A stretch of DNA of 64,000 nucleotides from Flavobacteriales bacterium (lineage in GTDB: Bacteria > Bacteroidota > Bacteroidia > Flavobacteriales > BACL11): assembly GCA_965183885.1 (NCBI GenBank), contig OZ238992.1, positions 1,915,159 to 1,979,158 of the forward strand. The letters run 5' to 3'. A program made the translations under genes and the position numbers. The notes under the pieces are model-generated. The model saw nothing but the letters and a program-made list of their open reading frames with translations, did not search any database and had not been told where the DNA came from. Positions 28,175 to 40,007 of the stretch are shown here, piece after piece (the stretch's first letter is position 1; the number at the start of each line of letters is the position of its first letter).

Positions 28175-29503
28175 ATGAAACATGAAATGTTCACGAACAC
28201 TTTTAGAAATATTTCTAAAGTGACTAAAAAAACACTATTAAAAATTGCATTATGCTCTCCTTTTCTAGGATTTGCACAAAACTCATTAGTTTATATTGCT
28301 AATGAAGGAAATTTTGGAACAGGAAATGGTTCTTTATCAGTTTATGATAAAGGTTCAAACACAGTAGCAAACGATGTGTTTAGTAGTGCTAATGGAGGGG
28401 CTTTATTAGGTGATGTGGTACAATCCGTAGCATATTTTGATGGAAAAGGATATGTATGTGTAAATGGTTCTGCAAAAGTTGAAGTAATTAATGCAAATGC
28501 TACTTATGTGGCAAGTATACCTGTTGGATCTCCAAGGTACTTAAAGCAAGTAAATACAAATAAGGCATATGTAACAGATTGGGGAGATAATACAGTAAAG
28601 GTAATTGATTTAAGTGCGAATGCAGTTACTGCTACAATTGCTTGTGGTGTAGGTCCTGAAGGTTTAGCAGTAAGTAATGGTTTTGCTTATGTATGTAATA
28701 TTGGTGGTTGGGGATTGGACTCAACAGTAACAATTATTAATACCGCTACTGATGCTGTTGAGGCTACTTTAACAGTAGGAGATAAGCCAAATTCAGCAGT
28801 AGTAGATGCTAATGGAAATGTATGGGTACTAACAGGTGGTTATACTGAGTATGATGCATCTTGGAATATTATTAATGAAACTCCAGGTGTTTTAGCAATG
28901 ATTAATACTACTACTAATGCTATTGATGCTTCTTATACTTTTGCAGTTGGTGATCATCCTGAGGATTTAATAATTAACGGATTAGGAGATAAGTTATACT
29001 TTAGCAATGGTAGCTTTAGTAAAGCTGTTTATGAATTTGGAATAAATGATACTCAATTGCCTTCAGCGCCTTTTATCAATAGAAGTTTTTATGGCTTAGG
29101 TTATGATGGTATTTCAAATGAAATATATGGTTCTGATGCAGTTGATTTTACACAGCAAGGATGGGTGTTTCGCTATGCAACAACAGGAGCAGTAGTTGAT
29201 TCTTTTCAGGTAGGAATTATCCCAGGAGATTTTGCTTTCCGTCAAGATGTTTTAGGAGTTTCGGAAATACATACTACTTCAGTTTCTGTTTATCCTAATC
29301 CATCAAGTGGAAGGTTCTTTATAAATTCTTCAGAAATGATAGAATCAATTGTTGTAAGAAATATTTTAGGAGCTGCTATTAAAACAATTTTTATATCAAG
29401 TTTATCAGATGTAATTGACTTAACATCAGAAGGTAAAGGGGTGTATTTAATTGAAGTAAAAACAAGTTTAGGAGTAATAACAAAAAAACTAATAGTTGAA
29501 TAA
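28175..29503 (+). CDS. YncE/DUF5074-like beta-propeller protein with canonical T9SS type-A C-terminal domain
   Basis: YIANEGNFGTGNGSLSVYD and repeated V.D..G.. blades. The C-terminus is VSVYPNPSSGRFFI...GVYLIEVKTSLGVITKKLIVE (YPNP..GxY..K motifs). The gene is 11 nt downstream of btuB. Confidence 0.7.
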   Translation: MKHEMFTNTFRNISKVTKKTLLKIALCSPFLGFAQNSLVYIANEGNFGTGNGSLSVYDKGSNTVANDVFSSANGGALLGDVVQSVAYFDGKGYVCVNGSAKVEVINANATYVASIPVGSPRYLKQVNTNKAYVTDWGDNTVKVIDLSANAVTATIACGVGPEGLAVSNGFAYVCNIGGWGLDSTVTIINTATDAVEATLTVGDKPNSAVVDANGNVWVLTGGYTEYDASWNIINETPGVLAMINTTTNAIDASYTFAVGDHPEDLIINGLGDKLYFSNGSFSKAVYEFGINDTQLPSAPFINRSFYGLGYDGISNEIYGSDAVDFTQQGWVFRYATTGAVVDSFQVGIIPGDFAFRQDVLGVSEIHTTSVSVYPNPSSGRFFINSSEMIESIVVRNILGAAIKTIFISSLSDVIDLTSEGKGVYLIEVKTSLGVITKKLIVE

Positions 29504-29523
29504 ACTTTAAATTAATAAGATTA

Positions 29524-29559
29524 AGAGGGGTAAAGGATAGGTTTTACCTCTCTTTTTTT
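29524..29559 (+). terminator. Rho-independent terminator of the riboswitch-btuB-propeller operon
   Basis: AGAGGGGTAAA / TTTACCTCTCT 11-bp stem (one G-U pair), 8-nt loop, then TTTTTT. Confidence 0.8.
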
Positions 29560-29560
29560 C

Positions 29561-29568
29561 TACATTTG
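29561..29568 (+). promoter_or_regulatory. -7 promoter box TACATTTG
   Basis: Exact TAnnTTTG match, 14 nt upstream of the ATG at 29583. Confidence 0.5.
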
Positions 29569-29582
29569 TAAAAATTTAGAAT

Positions 29583-30641
29583 ATGAAATTAGTTAAATAC
29601 CTGTTTATTGCTTTAGTATTTGTTTCATCTTGTAAGGAAGATGAAGAAGAGGTGAAAACTCCTAATTACCCTGAAAAATATGGCGCTGGAATGTATGTTG
29701 TTACAGATAATGGGATTACATTTGTTAAGGATGATGTAGTTGAAGGACAGATTTACCAAAACGTAAACGGAACAAGCATTACTAGCCCTAAAAAGATAAA
29801 GTTTTCAGGTAGTAAGGCTTATATTGTTGCTGATAAAATTAGGATAGCAGATGCTAAAACTTTTGGAAGTTTAGGAACAGTTGGAGGTTTTGAAGACTTA
29901 TCTGATCTTGAAGTAGTATCTCATAGTAGGTTGTTTACACTAGATAAAGGAGATTCCAAATTAAAAGTTGTTGATTTAGATAAATTAGAAATAACTTCTG
30001 ACATTGAAACTGGAGATAGTACGCATCCAGCCTTTATAATAAGCCATTGGTATCGTTCATATGCACTTAACGGAGGTGGAATAGCGGATTCTTTAAACGA
30101 CTCAACAATAGTTGCTGTTGATTTTAGAGACAATGTAGTTCCTTTAGCTGATTTTATGGGCAAAGTTATAGTTGGTGATAATCCTAGTGCAGCTATATGG
30201 CACGGTAACCTAAAGGTATTATGTAAAGGTATTTATGATGAAAATAATATTATAGATAATGTTGAGTCATCATTTTATAGTGTAGATCCTTGGGGTGTGG
30301 AAGTAGATTGGAGTGGTACTCTTAGTGGAATTTATAATGCTAAAAATTTAGTAAAAATAGATCAAGGTTTAAGATATTATTTTACTGCAAAAGATGGGAT
30401 TTACTGGATGGTAGATAACCCTACCTCTACTACTCAAGTTTTAAATGTAGAGTCAGATGTATTAGCTCTAAAATGGGAATGGTATGCAGTAAATGATTCT
30501 ACTAATGCTCAGTCAGGAATGCTTTACTTTAATGATGTAAATAATGCACCAAATACAGTTTACAAGTATAATTTAGCTACTTCAGCTTATTGTGATACTA
30601 TTGTTGTGGATGGTCCTGTAAGAGATATTAATTTCTACTAA
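29583..30641 (+). CDS. Lipoprotein of unknown function (possibly propeller-like)
   Basis: 352 aa. Lipobox FVSSC followed by an acidic KEDEEE linker typical of surface-exposed Bacteroidota lipoproteins. No family recognised. Confidence 0.6.
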   Translation: MKLVKYLFIALVFVSSCKEDEEEVKTPNYPEKYGAGMYVVTDNGITFVKDDVVEGQIYQNVNGTSITSPKKIKFSGSKAYIVADKIRIADAKTFGSLGTVGGFEDLSDLEVVSHSRLFTLDKGDSKLKVVDLDKLEITSDIETGDSTHPAFIISHWYRSYALNGGGIADSLNDSTIVAVDFRDNVVPLADFMGKVIVGDNPSAAIWHGNLKVLCKGIYDENNIIDNVESSFYSVDPWGVEVDWSGTLSGIYNAKNLVKIDQGLRYYFTAKDGIYWMVDNPTSTTQVLNVESDVLALKWEWYAVNDSTNAQSGMLYFNDVNNAPNTVYKYNLATSAYCDTIVVDGPVRDINFY

Positions 30642-31223
30642 ATGAATTACAGAAAAGTAAGATTAATAAGAAGGATTTTTCTTACATTTTCTATCCTTTT
30701 AGGTGTTTTTTCTCCTATTTATTTTTGGTTTAAATTTCCTGATTTTAATCCCTTAATCGAACCTATTTCTACTTTTGGTGTTAAGGAGTCAACTTATCAG
30801 TTTTGGAGTTTTGTGCTTATTGTGCTTGCTGTTGCTATGGTGTTAAATGCACTAAAAGCAATCAAATTTCATTTCAGATTAAGAAAAATAAGGTTATTTT
30901 TAAAATCTGTTGTAGGTATCTCCTCAATTGCTTTACTACTAGTAGCACTTGTCTCAATGGAATATAATGAAACTGTTCATCACTTAGCTGCAATAGTTTA
31001 CTTTATGCTATACAATTTTTTTGTTTTTGTTTTTGGACTAATAAGAATGTACAGAGATTTAAGGAAAGGGTTCTTTTCCGTAATTATGGGGTGTTTAATG
31101 TTGCTTTCAACCTTGTTAATTATCCCTTTTGAGTCCTATGGAGTTTTTGAAATTGTATACGTATTCCTGGTTTTATTTTGGAACGGTATAATTTTTATAA
31201 AACGAGTTAAAAGAATAGGGTAG
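30642..31223 (+). CDS. Integral membrane protein of unknown function
   Basis: 193 aa with about 5-6 hydrophobic helices. The start abuts the upstream stop. Confidence 0.6.
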   Translation: MNYRKVRLIRRIFLTFSILLGVFSPIYFWFKFPDFNPLIEPISTFGVKESTYQFWSFVLIVLAVAMVLNALKAIKFHFRLRKIRLFLKSVVGISSIALLLVALVSMEYNETVHHLAAIVYFMLYNFFVFVFGLIRMYRDLRKGFFSVIMGCLMLLSTLLIIPFESYGVFEIVYVFLVLFWNGIIFIKRVKRIG

Positions 31224-31227
31224 TATA

Positions 31228-32139
31228 CTACAAACGCTTCATTAACTCCTTATACAAAGTAACCATAGTATTTATATCTTTCTTATGTACTTTTTCATCA
31301 GGTGAGTGCACATGGTCTTCAGGAGCGCCAATAAAGCACCAATCCCAAGGATAATCACTTTTTTGTAAGCCATTTCCATCACTACCTCCTGCATTTTCTA
31401 CTTCTAGTTGAAAAGGAATACCGCTTTCTTTGGCAATACTTACAATTTTATTAACGTATGATCTTCTAGGTATTCCACTATCTCGTAATGATATAGCAAC
31501 ACCGTTTCCGTGTGTAACTCCTTCAGTTACCCATGTAATATCAGAGATAAGGGCTTGTTTTACATCGTAAGTTTCGTAAATAAACTTCCCTAAATACCCT
31601 ACAGATCCTCCTCCGTGTTCTTCCCACGATGAGAATACAATAATTCCGTTTTCAAGAGTTTTAGCAACTTCTAAGGCGTTCCATACTCCTAATCGGTTAT
31701 CCATGTAGCAGCATTGTACAAAATCTGTTGTATCTCTAAAATCAGGCTTAAAAGTTAAAGATGTTCCTCTGTCAATAGTTCGGTCAAAATCAATAAACAT
31801 ACCATTATCATTCTTAATGATTTTACCTTCAATTTTCCCTGTACTATCTTCACCAATAAGTATTATCCCTTCGGTAGTAACTGGTCCTCCAATTTTTACA
31901 ATTTCGTTATTGTACTTTACTGTAAATCCTATAGAATCCAAATGTGCAAAAATTGCAGCTTTTGGCTTATCTCCAAATACTAGGATTAAATTATCCTGAA
32001 AACCATCACCATAATGTAAGGTAGGTTGTGCCTTCCAGTCTTTTTGATTTTCTTTAATATGATTAAGAACAAATGTAGTCATTGCAAATTCTTCTCCTGC
32101 TGGGGCATGAATATTGCACATTTCTTTTAATAATTTCAT
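31228..32139 (-). CDS. M42-family (FrvX-like) aminopeptidase-type protein
   Basis: 303 aa. LLKEMCNIHAPAGEE start, IFAHLDSIGF metal-ligand region, and EEHGGGS. Confidence 0.75.
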   Translation of the reverse strand: MKLLKEMCNIHAPAGEEFAMTTFVLNHIKENQKDWKAQPTLHYGDGFQDNLILVFGDKPKAAIFAHLDSIGFTVKYNNEIVKIGGPVTTEGIILIGEDSTGKIEGKIIKNDNGMFIDFDRTIDRGTSLTFKPDFRDTTDFVQCCYMDNRLGVWNALEVAKTLENGIIVFSSWEEHGGGSVGYLGKFIYETYDVKQALISDITWVTEGVTHGNGVAISLRDSGIPRRSYVNKIVSIAKESGIPFQLEVENAGGSDGNGLQKSDYPWDWCFIGAPEDHVHSPDEKVHKKDINTMVTLYKELMKRL

Positions 32140-32753
32140 TATAGTGTTTTTAGGTATTTTAAGCTTAATTCATGGTTTTTTTCAAAAGCTGCTACTACTG
32201 TTTCAGCTTTGCTTTTTGAGACTGCAAATATAAGTTTACATTCCAGTTGGAAGTCTGTATTTATCACTTCTAAATCAAATTCTTTTACTTGGCGCATTAC
32301 ATTGTTCATTTGAGGGTATTTAAAGCTTACCTCGTAATGTTCTTTTATTGTTTTGGTAACAATGCTTGCTGTGGCTATTGCATCGGCTGCTGCGGTCTTA
32401 TAAGAGCGTATCAGCCCTGGAACACCAAGTTTTACACCTCCAAAATAACGCACTACAACTATGAGTACATTGGTTAGGTCATTAGAGAGTAGCTGTCCTA
32501 AAATAGGTTTTCCTGCTGTAGAAGAAGGTTCTCCATCGTCATTAGCTCTTTGTGCTGATTTGTCAGGGTTAAGAATGTAAGCATAGCAGTGATGTCTAGC
32601 TGCGTACTCAAGTTTTTTTACTTCTTCTAGCTTTTCTTTTACTTCCTCTTCGGAATAAACAGGGTAGGCATAAGCAATAAACTTACTTCCTTTTTCTTTA
32701 TAAACTCCTGTGGTAGGGCTTTTTAGTTCTTTGTAGGTGTCGTTAAATAACAT
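32139..32753 (-). CDS. YigZ / IMPACT-family protein
   Basis: 204 aa. GSKFIAYAYPV, ARHHCYAYIL, and DDGEPSSTAGKPIL motifs of UPF0029. Confidence 0.85.
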   Translation of the reverse strand: MLFNDTYKELKSPTTGVYKEKGSKFIAYAYPVYSEEEVKEKLEEVKKLEYAARHHCYAYILNPDKSAQRANDDGEPSSTAGKPILGQLLSNDLTNVLIVVVRYFGGVKLGVPGLIRSYKTAAADAIATASIVTKTIKEHYEVSFKYPQMNNVMRQVKEFDLEVINTDFQLECKLIFAVSKSKAETVVAAFEKNHELSLKYLKTL

Positions 32754-33604
32754 TAGGAAAGTAAATAAATTGCAAAAGAAGATAATAGGATTCCAAACCA
32801 GTTTAGCCTACTAAGTTGTTCCTTATAGAGCAGGACTCCAACTAGGGTTGAAGTAAGTACTACACCTATGCTGATTAATGGAAAAACAACAGTGCTATTA
32901 AGAGTTTGTAGTGCTTTTAGGAAAAATACTAGAGAAAAAAAGTTAGGTATACCAAGTGCAACTCCCCAATAAATGCTTTTTGCTTGAAGCTTTACTTTAT
33001 TTTTGAAGCTAGAGATTAATAAAATGAGTATTCCGCTAATGCTTGCACTAGCAAAGAGTACCATAAAATATAAGTAGTTGTTCTCGTTTGGAAATTGTTG
33101 AGCAAAATCATTAAAGATACTATCGGCTATACCTTGTCCAATAAAAATAAAGAGTATCGCTCCTAGGTATTTGCTGTCAAAATTAATTTTCCCTGCTTCA
33201 GTGGAGGAAAAATAAATTCCTGCTAGTGCAAATATAAGGCCAATACCAAGGTTTAGAGTAAGGCTAGCACTAGGGTATAGGGCTAAACTAACTGATACAG
33301 GAATAATAACAGACATCTTATTGGCAACGGTAGTAATTGAAATTCCTATTTTTTGTGTGCCAAAAGAATAAAACATGAAAACAATTATAAAAAGGAAGCC
33401 CATACTTACTGCATGTACAATCCAGTCGGCAGTTAGTATAGCATTAAGAGTTACTGTATTGTTAAAATACAATAAGGCACAAATTGCTGCAGTAGCATAA
33501 TTAACTATTAACCCCTGTAAATTAGCTACTTTATACTTTTGAAACTGCTTAAATATAATGATTAAGACATTGAATAATAGTATGGTATAAATAATATTAT
33601 TCAT
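32753..33604 (-). CDS. DMT/EamA-like membrane transporter
   Basis: 283 aa with about 10 TM helices in two halves. Family call is by topology only. Confidence 0.6.
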   Translation of the reverse strand: MNNIIYTILLFNVLIIIFKQFQKYKVANLQGLIVNYATAAICALLYFNNTVTLNAILTADWIVHAVSMGFLFIIVFMFYSFGTQKIGISITTVANKMSVIIPVSVSLALYPSASLTLNLGIGLIFALAGIYFSSTEAGKINFDSKYLGAILFIFIGQGIADSIFNDFAQQFPNENNYLYFMVLFASASISGILILLISSFKNKVKLQAKSIYWGVALGIPNFFSLVFFLKALQTLNSTVVFPLISIGVVLTSTLVGVLLYKEQLSRLNWFGILLSSFAIYLLS

Positions 33605-34625
33605 TGATAATAAGCGCTAGTTTATCTTCTGTAGTATTAGTTTTAGAATATATTTTTCCATTGATACTTGGAGTTTCTACACCGTTATTAAGTATTTTAT
33701 TTGCAGTAAAAACCCTTGCTTCATCCCATATATTAGCATCAATAAATGTTTGTAAAGTTTTGCTTCCTCCTTCAACAATTAAAGACTGAATATTTAATTT
33801 ATATAAATATTCTAAAATACTATTAATTAAGTTGTTAAAATCTATTTTAATAAAAGTATTACTTCCTTTTTTTTTTGATTTTAATGCATTAAAAATGATG
33901 GTTTCTGCTTCATTATTAAATAACTTTAAGTCCTCAGAAAGTTTTAAATTGCTATCAAGCACAATTCGTGTAGGGTTATTTCCTTTTACCTGACGAACGG
34001 TTAGGGAAGGGTTGTCTTTTTCAGCTGTAGTTCTACCTACAAGTATGGCAGTTTCTTCAGCTCGCCATTGATGCACTAACTCTTTGGATTTACTAGAGGT
34101 CATCCAAAATGGTTCTTTTTGGTCTTTAGGAGCTATGAATCCATCTTTACTTTTTGCCCATTTAAGAATGATGTAAGGGCGTTTCTTCTCATGAAAAGTG
34201 AAAAACCGCTTGTTTAAGAGTCGGCTTTCTTTTTCTAAAATTCCAACACTTACTTCAATGCCCTTGTTTCTCATTTTTGCTATTCCTTTTCCAGCAACTT
34301 CAGAAAAAGAATCAATACAACCAATAACTACTTTTGGTATTTTATGTTCAATAATTAAGTTAGAACAGGGAGGAGTTTTTCCAAAATGAGCACAAGGTTC
34401 TAGGTTTACATAGAGGGTAGATTTTGAGAGTAAACTTTTATCTTTTACACTAGCAATTGCATTAACTTCAGCATGAGCTGCTCCATAATTTTGATGATAG
34501 CCTTCTCCAATAATTTCACCATTATATACAATAACAGAACCTACCATAGGATTTGGAGCTACATGGCTTAATCCTTTTTGGGCTAAGCTTAAACATCTTT
34601 TCATGAAAATCTCCTCAGTTTGCAT
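33597..34625 (-). CDS. ribD: Bifunctional riboflavin biosynthesis deaminase/reductase
   Basis: 342 aa. Deaminase zinc motifs HAEVNAI and PCAHFGKTPPC, plus the C-terminal reductase domain. Confidence 0.92.
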   Translation of the reverse strand: MQTEEIFMKRCLSLAQKGLSHVAPNPMVGSVIVYNGEIIGEGYHQNYGAAHAEVNAIASVKDKSLLSKSTLYVNLEPCAHFGKTPPCSNLIIEHKIPKVVIGCIDSFSEVAGKGIAKMRNKGIEVSVGILEKESRLLNKRFFTFHEKKRPYIILKWAKSKDGFIAPKDQKEPFWMTSSKSKELVHQWRAEETAILVGRTTAEKDNPSLTVRQVKGNNPTRIVLDSNLKLSEDLKLFNNEAETIIFNALKSKKKGSNTFIKIDFNNLINSILEYLYKLNIQSLIVEGGSKTLQTFIDANIWDEARVFTANKILNNGVETPSINGKIYSKTNTTEDKLALIINE

Positions 34626-34647
34626 GGCTCAAAAATAGCAAATTGAA

Positions 34648-34655
34648 TACATTTG
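34648..34655 (+). promoter_or_regulatory. -7 promoter box TACATTTG
   Basis: Exact TAnnTTTG match ending 4 nt before the prmC ATG at 34660, i.e. a leaderless-type arrangement. Confidence 0.5.
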
Positions 34656-34659
34656 TGGC

Positions 34660-35493
34660 ATGGAAAGAGTTAGCAATATTATAGCCTATTTTAAACAGGA
34701 GTTAGCAGGTGTTGCTCCTGATAGGGAGCTTGTTTCTTGGGCATATATTGTTATGGAGCACTTCTTAGGTTTTGATCGTGCCGCAACCATTATTAATGCA
34801 AATACTTTGCTTTCTCCTGAAATGTTTGATAAAATAGTAAAAACTGTTGAAGCCTTAAAAACACAAGAACCCTTACAGTATATCTTAGGGGTAACGGAGT
34901 TTTATGGCTTAAAGCTTAAGGTAAATAAGCATACCTTAATTCCTAGACCTGAAACAGAGGAGCTGGTAAATTGGATACTTAAAGATGATTTTAACAGTGC
35001 TTTAGATATAGGTACAGGGAGTGGCTGTATTCCTATTGCTTTGGTAAAACATACTAAGGCTTTAATTTCAGCTATAGATGTGTCAGAAGGGGCATTATCT
35101 GTTGCAAAAGAAAATGCTAAAGAACATGGAGTTAAAATTAACTTCTTACATCAGGACATTCTTAAGACAGAGCGTTTAGAAAACGTAGATGTAATCATAA
35201 GTAACCCCCCTTATGTTTTGGAATCAGAGAAAGAATTTATGCTGTTAAATGTATTGGGACATGAGCCTGCTTCAGCGCTTTTTGTTCCTGATAATAATCC
35301 TTTATTGTTTTATAATAATATTGCTGAACTGGCAGTTAAAGCTTTAAATAAAGGAGGGAGGCTATATTTTGAAATCAATGAGCGTTTTGCTGAGCAAACT
35401 ATAGCAATGCTACAGGAAAAAGGTTTTGTTAATATAGCGTTAAAAAAAGATATAAACGATAAGGATAGAATGATAAAAGCTATCAAGAAATAA
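34660..35493 (+). CDS. prmC: Release factor glutamine N5-methyltransferase
   Basis: 277 aa. SAM motif LDIGTGSGCI and catalytic IISNPPYV. Confidence 0.9.
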   Translation: MERVSNIIAYFKQELAGVAPDRELVSWAYIVMEHFLGFDRAATIINANTLLSPEMFDKIVKTVEALKTQEPLQYILGVTEFYGLKLKVNKHTLIPRPETEELVNWILKDDFNSALDIGTGSGCIPIALVKHTKALISAIDVSEGALSVAKENAKEHGVKINFLHQDILKTERLENVDVIISNPPYVLESEKEFMLLNVLGHEPASALFVPDNNPLLFYNNIAELAVKALNKGGRLYFEINERFAEQTIAMLQEKGFVNIALKKDINDKDRMIKAIKK

Positions 35494-35521
35494 TTATTTT
35501 TGAACAAGAAAAATTAAAAAG

Positions 35522-35983
35522 ATGATAACAAAAGAAGAAGTATTAGATTTCCAGAACAAATGGGGAGAAGGAATTATTAGTATGAGTAAAACCTTTAAAG
35601 AAGGAGGTGATTATACTGGAGAAGCAAAGGTATTTATTAGTGATTTATATGCTTATGAAACTGAAGGTATACTTTTTAAACCAACACTTGCTGCTGATGC
35701 TCAATTCAGATTAGATAAAGTTGCTGCATTATCGTATTTTGTAGGTGGTAATGCTGATTTTCAGGAAGATGGAGGTTTTGCTATTAAAGGGTGGAATAGT
35801 GTAAGATGGGAAAATGCTGGAATTAAAATAGAAGGTTCAATTGCAATATGTATGGGGAATTACTTCTTTGGAAAAGAAAATGAAGCAGATTTGAAAGTAG
35901 AATATTCTGTTGTACTAAAGAAGCTAGAAGATGGAACAGTAAAAATGATTTTACACGATTCACATTTGCCTTTTAGTAAATAA
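35522..35983 (+). CDS. Conserved hypothetical protein (possibly NTF2/SnoaL-like fold)
   Basis: 153-aa ORF on the same strand as its neighbours. The fold guess is weak. Confidence 0.55.
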   Translation: MITKEEVLDFQNKWGEGIISMSKTFKEGGDYTGEAKVFISDLYAYETEGILFKPTLAADAQFRLDKVAALSYFVGGNADFQEDGGFAIKGWNSVRWENAGIKIEGSIAICMGNYFFGKENEADLKVEYSVVLKKLEDGTVKMILHDSHLPFSK

Positions 35984-37974
<1,991 letters not shown>

Positions 37975-37975
<1 letters not shown>

Positions 37976-38517
37976 TGCAATTTATAGAGGATACAAAGCA
38001 AAGGATTGGACAATGGGTTTTTCAAAGGGAGTTGAAAACGAATAAACGCTTAAAGGCTGTTTGTAATTTAGATGATGCAAAGTCAGTTGGGATATTATAT
38101 GACGCAACATCTGAAGAGCAGATTAAACAAATAAAACCTTTTGTTGATTATTTCTTTAACTTAAGAAAAGATGTAAAGGCTTTAGGTTATGTTAATGCCA
38201 AGCAGCTTTCTTATTGTCATACTCCTAAATTACAATATGATTTTTTTTATCAAAAAGATTTGAACTGGTACTATAAACCTCAGAGCTATATCATAGATAA
38301 TTTTGTAAAAAAGGAATATGATATCTTAATTAATTTATGTGATAGTAGTTGTATTCCTGTAAAGTATCTAGTAGCAAGTTCTATTGCTCACTTTAAGATA
38401 GGACAGCATGAGGAAGGTTATGAAATATACGATTTGATGTTGGCTTTAAAAGAAGATAAAAGTATGGAAAAACTCATGCATGAGATAAAACATTATATCA
38501 ACTTAATAAATAAATAA
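37975..38517 (+). CDS. Conserved hypothetical protein
   Basis: 180-aa ORF whose start overlaps the ligA stop. No motif recognised. Confidence 0.6.
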
Positions 38518-38519
38518 GA

Positions 38520-39389
38520 ATGGAAATGATTAAAGGAACAGGTGTAGCATTAGTTACTCCTTTTAATACTGATTTAAGTGTAGATTATAAAGGGTTAGAG
38601 CAGCTATTAAACCATGTAATTGATGGTGGTGTAGATTATTTAGTTTTGATGGGTACTACTGGAGAAAGTGCAGTTTTAACAAAAGATGAAAAACAAAATG
38701 TAATAGCTTTTTGTAAAAAGATAAATAATGGAAGGCTGCCTATAGTATTAGGAATTGGAGGGAATAATACTTTGGCTTTAGTAGAAGAAATTAAGCATAC
38801 TGATTTTGCAGGTGTTGATGCTGTGCTTTCAGTTTCCCCAGCTTATAACAAACCTACACAGGAAGGTATTTACCAGCATTATAAAATGATAGCTGAAGCA
38901 TGTCCTTTGCCAATTATCTTGTATAATGTTCCTGGGCGTACAGCTTCAAATATGACTGCTGATACTACTTTACGTTTGGCAAATGATTTTGAAAATATAG
39001 TTGCAGTTAAGGAAGCATCAGGGGATATGGATCAAATCATGAAAATATTAAAAGATAAACCTAGTAATTTTGTAATGCTATCGGGTGATGATGGTTTAAC
39101 CTTGTCTATGATTTATTTGGGAGCAGAGGGTGTAATATCTGTTATAGGACAATCTCATCCTAAGGAATATTCTGATATGGTTTCTTTTGGAATGTCAGGG
39201 AATAATAATATTGCAAATCAAATACATTATAAATTATATGATTATTATGGGCCACTTTATAATGAAGGAAACCCTGTAGGTGTAAAGGCTTGTCTTGAGT
39301 TGATAGGTGTTTGCAAGGCTGTTGTTCGCCCACCACTTGTTGAGGCGAGTGCTGCAATAAAGAATGAACTAAAAGGTTTATTAAACTAA
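38520..39389 (+). CDS. dapA: 4-hydroxy-tetrahydrodipicolinate synthase
   Basis: 289 aa. GTTGES motif, YNVPGRT, and the Schiff-base lysine context VAVKEASGD. Confidence 0.93.
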   Translation: MEMIKGTGVALVTPFNTDLSVDYKGLEQLLNHVIDGGVDYLVLMGTTGESAVLTKDEKQNVIAFCKKINNGRLPIVLGIGGNNTLALVEEIKHTDFAGVDAVLSVSPAYNKPTQEGIYQHYKMIAEACPLPIILYNVPGRTASNMTADTTLRLANDFENIVAVKEASGDMDQIMKILKDKPSNFVMLSGDDGLTLSMIYLGAEGVISVIGQSHPKEYSDMVSFGMSGNNNIANQIHYKLYDYYGPLYNEGNPVGVKACLELIGVCKAVVRPPLVEASAAIKNELKGLLN

Positions 39390-39922
39390 TGAAATATCTA
39401 ATTCCACTACTTATGGCACTATTTTCTTTCTCCACTACAAATGCACAAGAATCAATTTATGATATTGCAATAAACGATATTAAAGGGAATCCTATCGATT
39501 TAAATGCATTTAAAGGGAAGTATATCATGTTTGTTAATGTGGCCTCGGAGTGTGGTTTTACACCTCAATATGAAGGGCTAGAGGAATTGCATAAAAAGTA
39601 TAAAGACAATTTAGTGTTAATTGGTTTGCCTTGTAATCAGTTTGGAGGACAAGAACCAGGAGGGGCACAAGAAATACAAGAGTTTTGTAAATTAAACTTT
39701 GGTGTTACTTTTTTATTGACCGAAAAAATTGAAGTTAAAGGGGAAGGACAGCACCCGCTTTACAAATGGCTTACTAGTAAAAGTCTTAATGGAGAATCAA
39801 ATTCTTCAGTAAAATGGAACTTTCAAAAGTATATTATAAACAGGGAAGGAGTTTTTGTAAATTACTTTTACTCAATAACAAAGCCATTAAGCTCTAAAAT
39901 CACTTCTATATTAGAGCAATAA
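39389..39922 (+). CDS. Glutathione peroxidase (Cys type), secreted
   Basis: 177 aa. Signal peptide, NVASECGFTPQY, LPCNQFGGQEPG, and WNFQKY. Confidence 0.9.
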   Translation: MKYLIPLLMALFSFSTTNAQESIYDIAINDIKGNPIDLNAFKGKYIMFVNVASECGFTPQYEGLEELHKKYKDNLVLIGLPCNQFGGQEPGGAQEIQEFCKLNFGVTFLLTEKIEVKGEGQHPLYKWLTSKSLNGESNSSVKWNFQKYIINREGVFVNYFYSITKPLSSKITSILEQ

Positions 39923-39983
39923 AATAAAATTATTGCAGTTTACTAGATAGAAAAATAATTTAGGAATATCCAATTATTGCATT

Positions 39984-39991
39984 TATCTTTG
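39984..39991 (+). promoter_or_regulatory. -7 promoter box TATCTTTG
   Basis: Exact TAnnTTTG match, 16 nt upstream of the ATG at 40008. Confidence 0.5.
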
Positions 39992-40007
39992 CCACCCATT
40001 AAAAATT

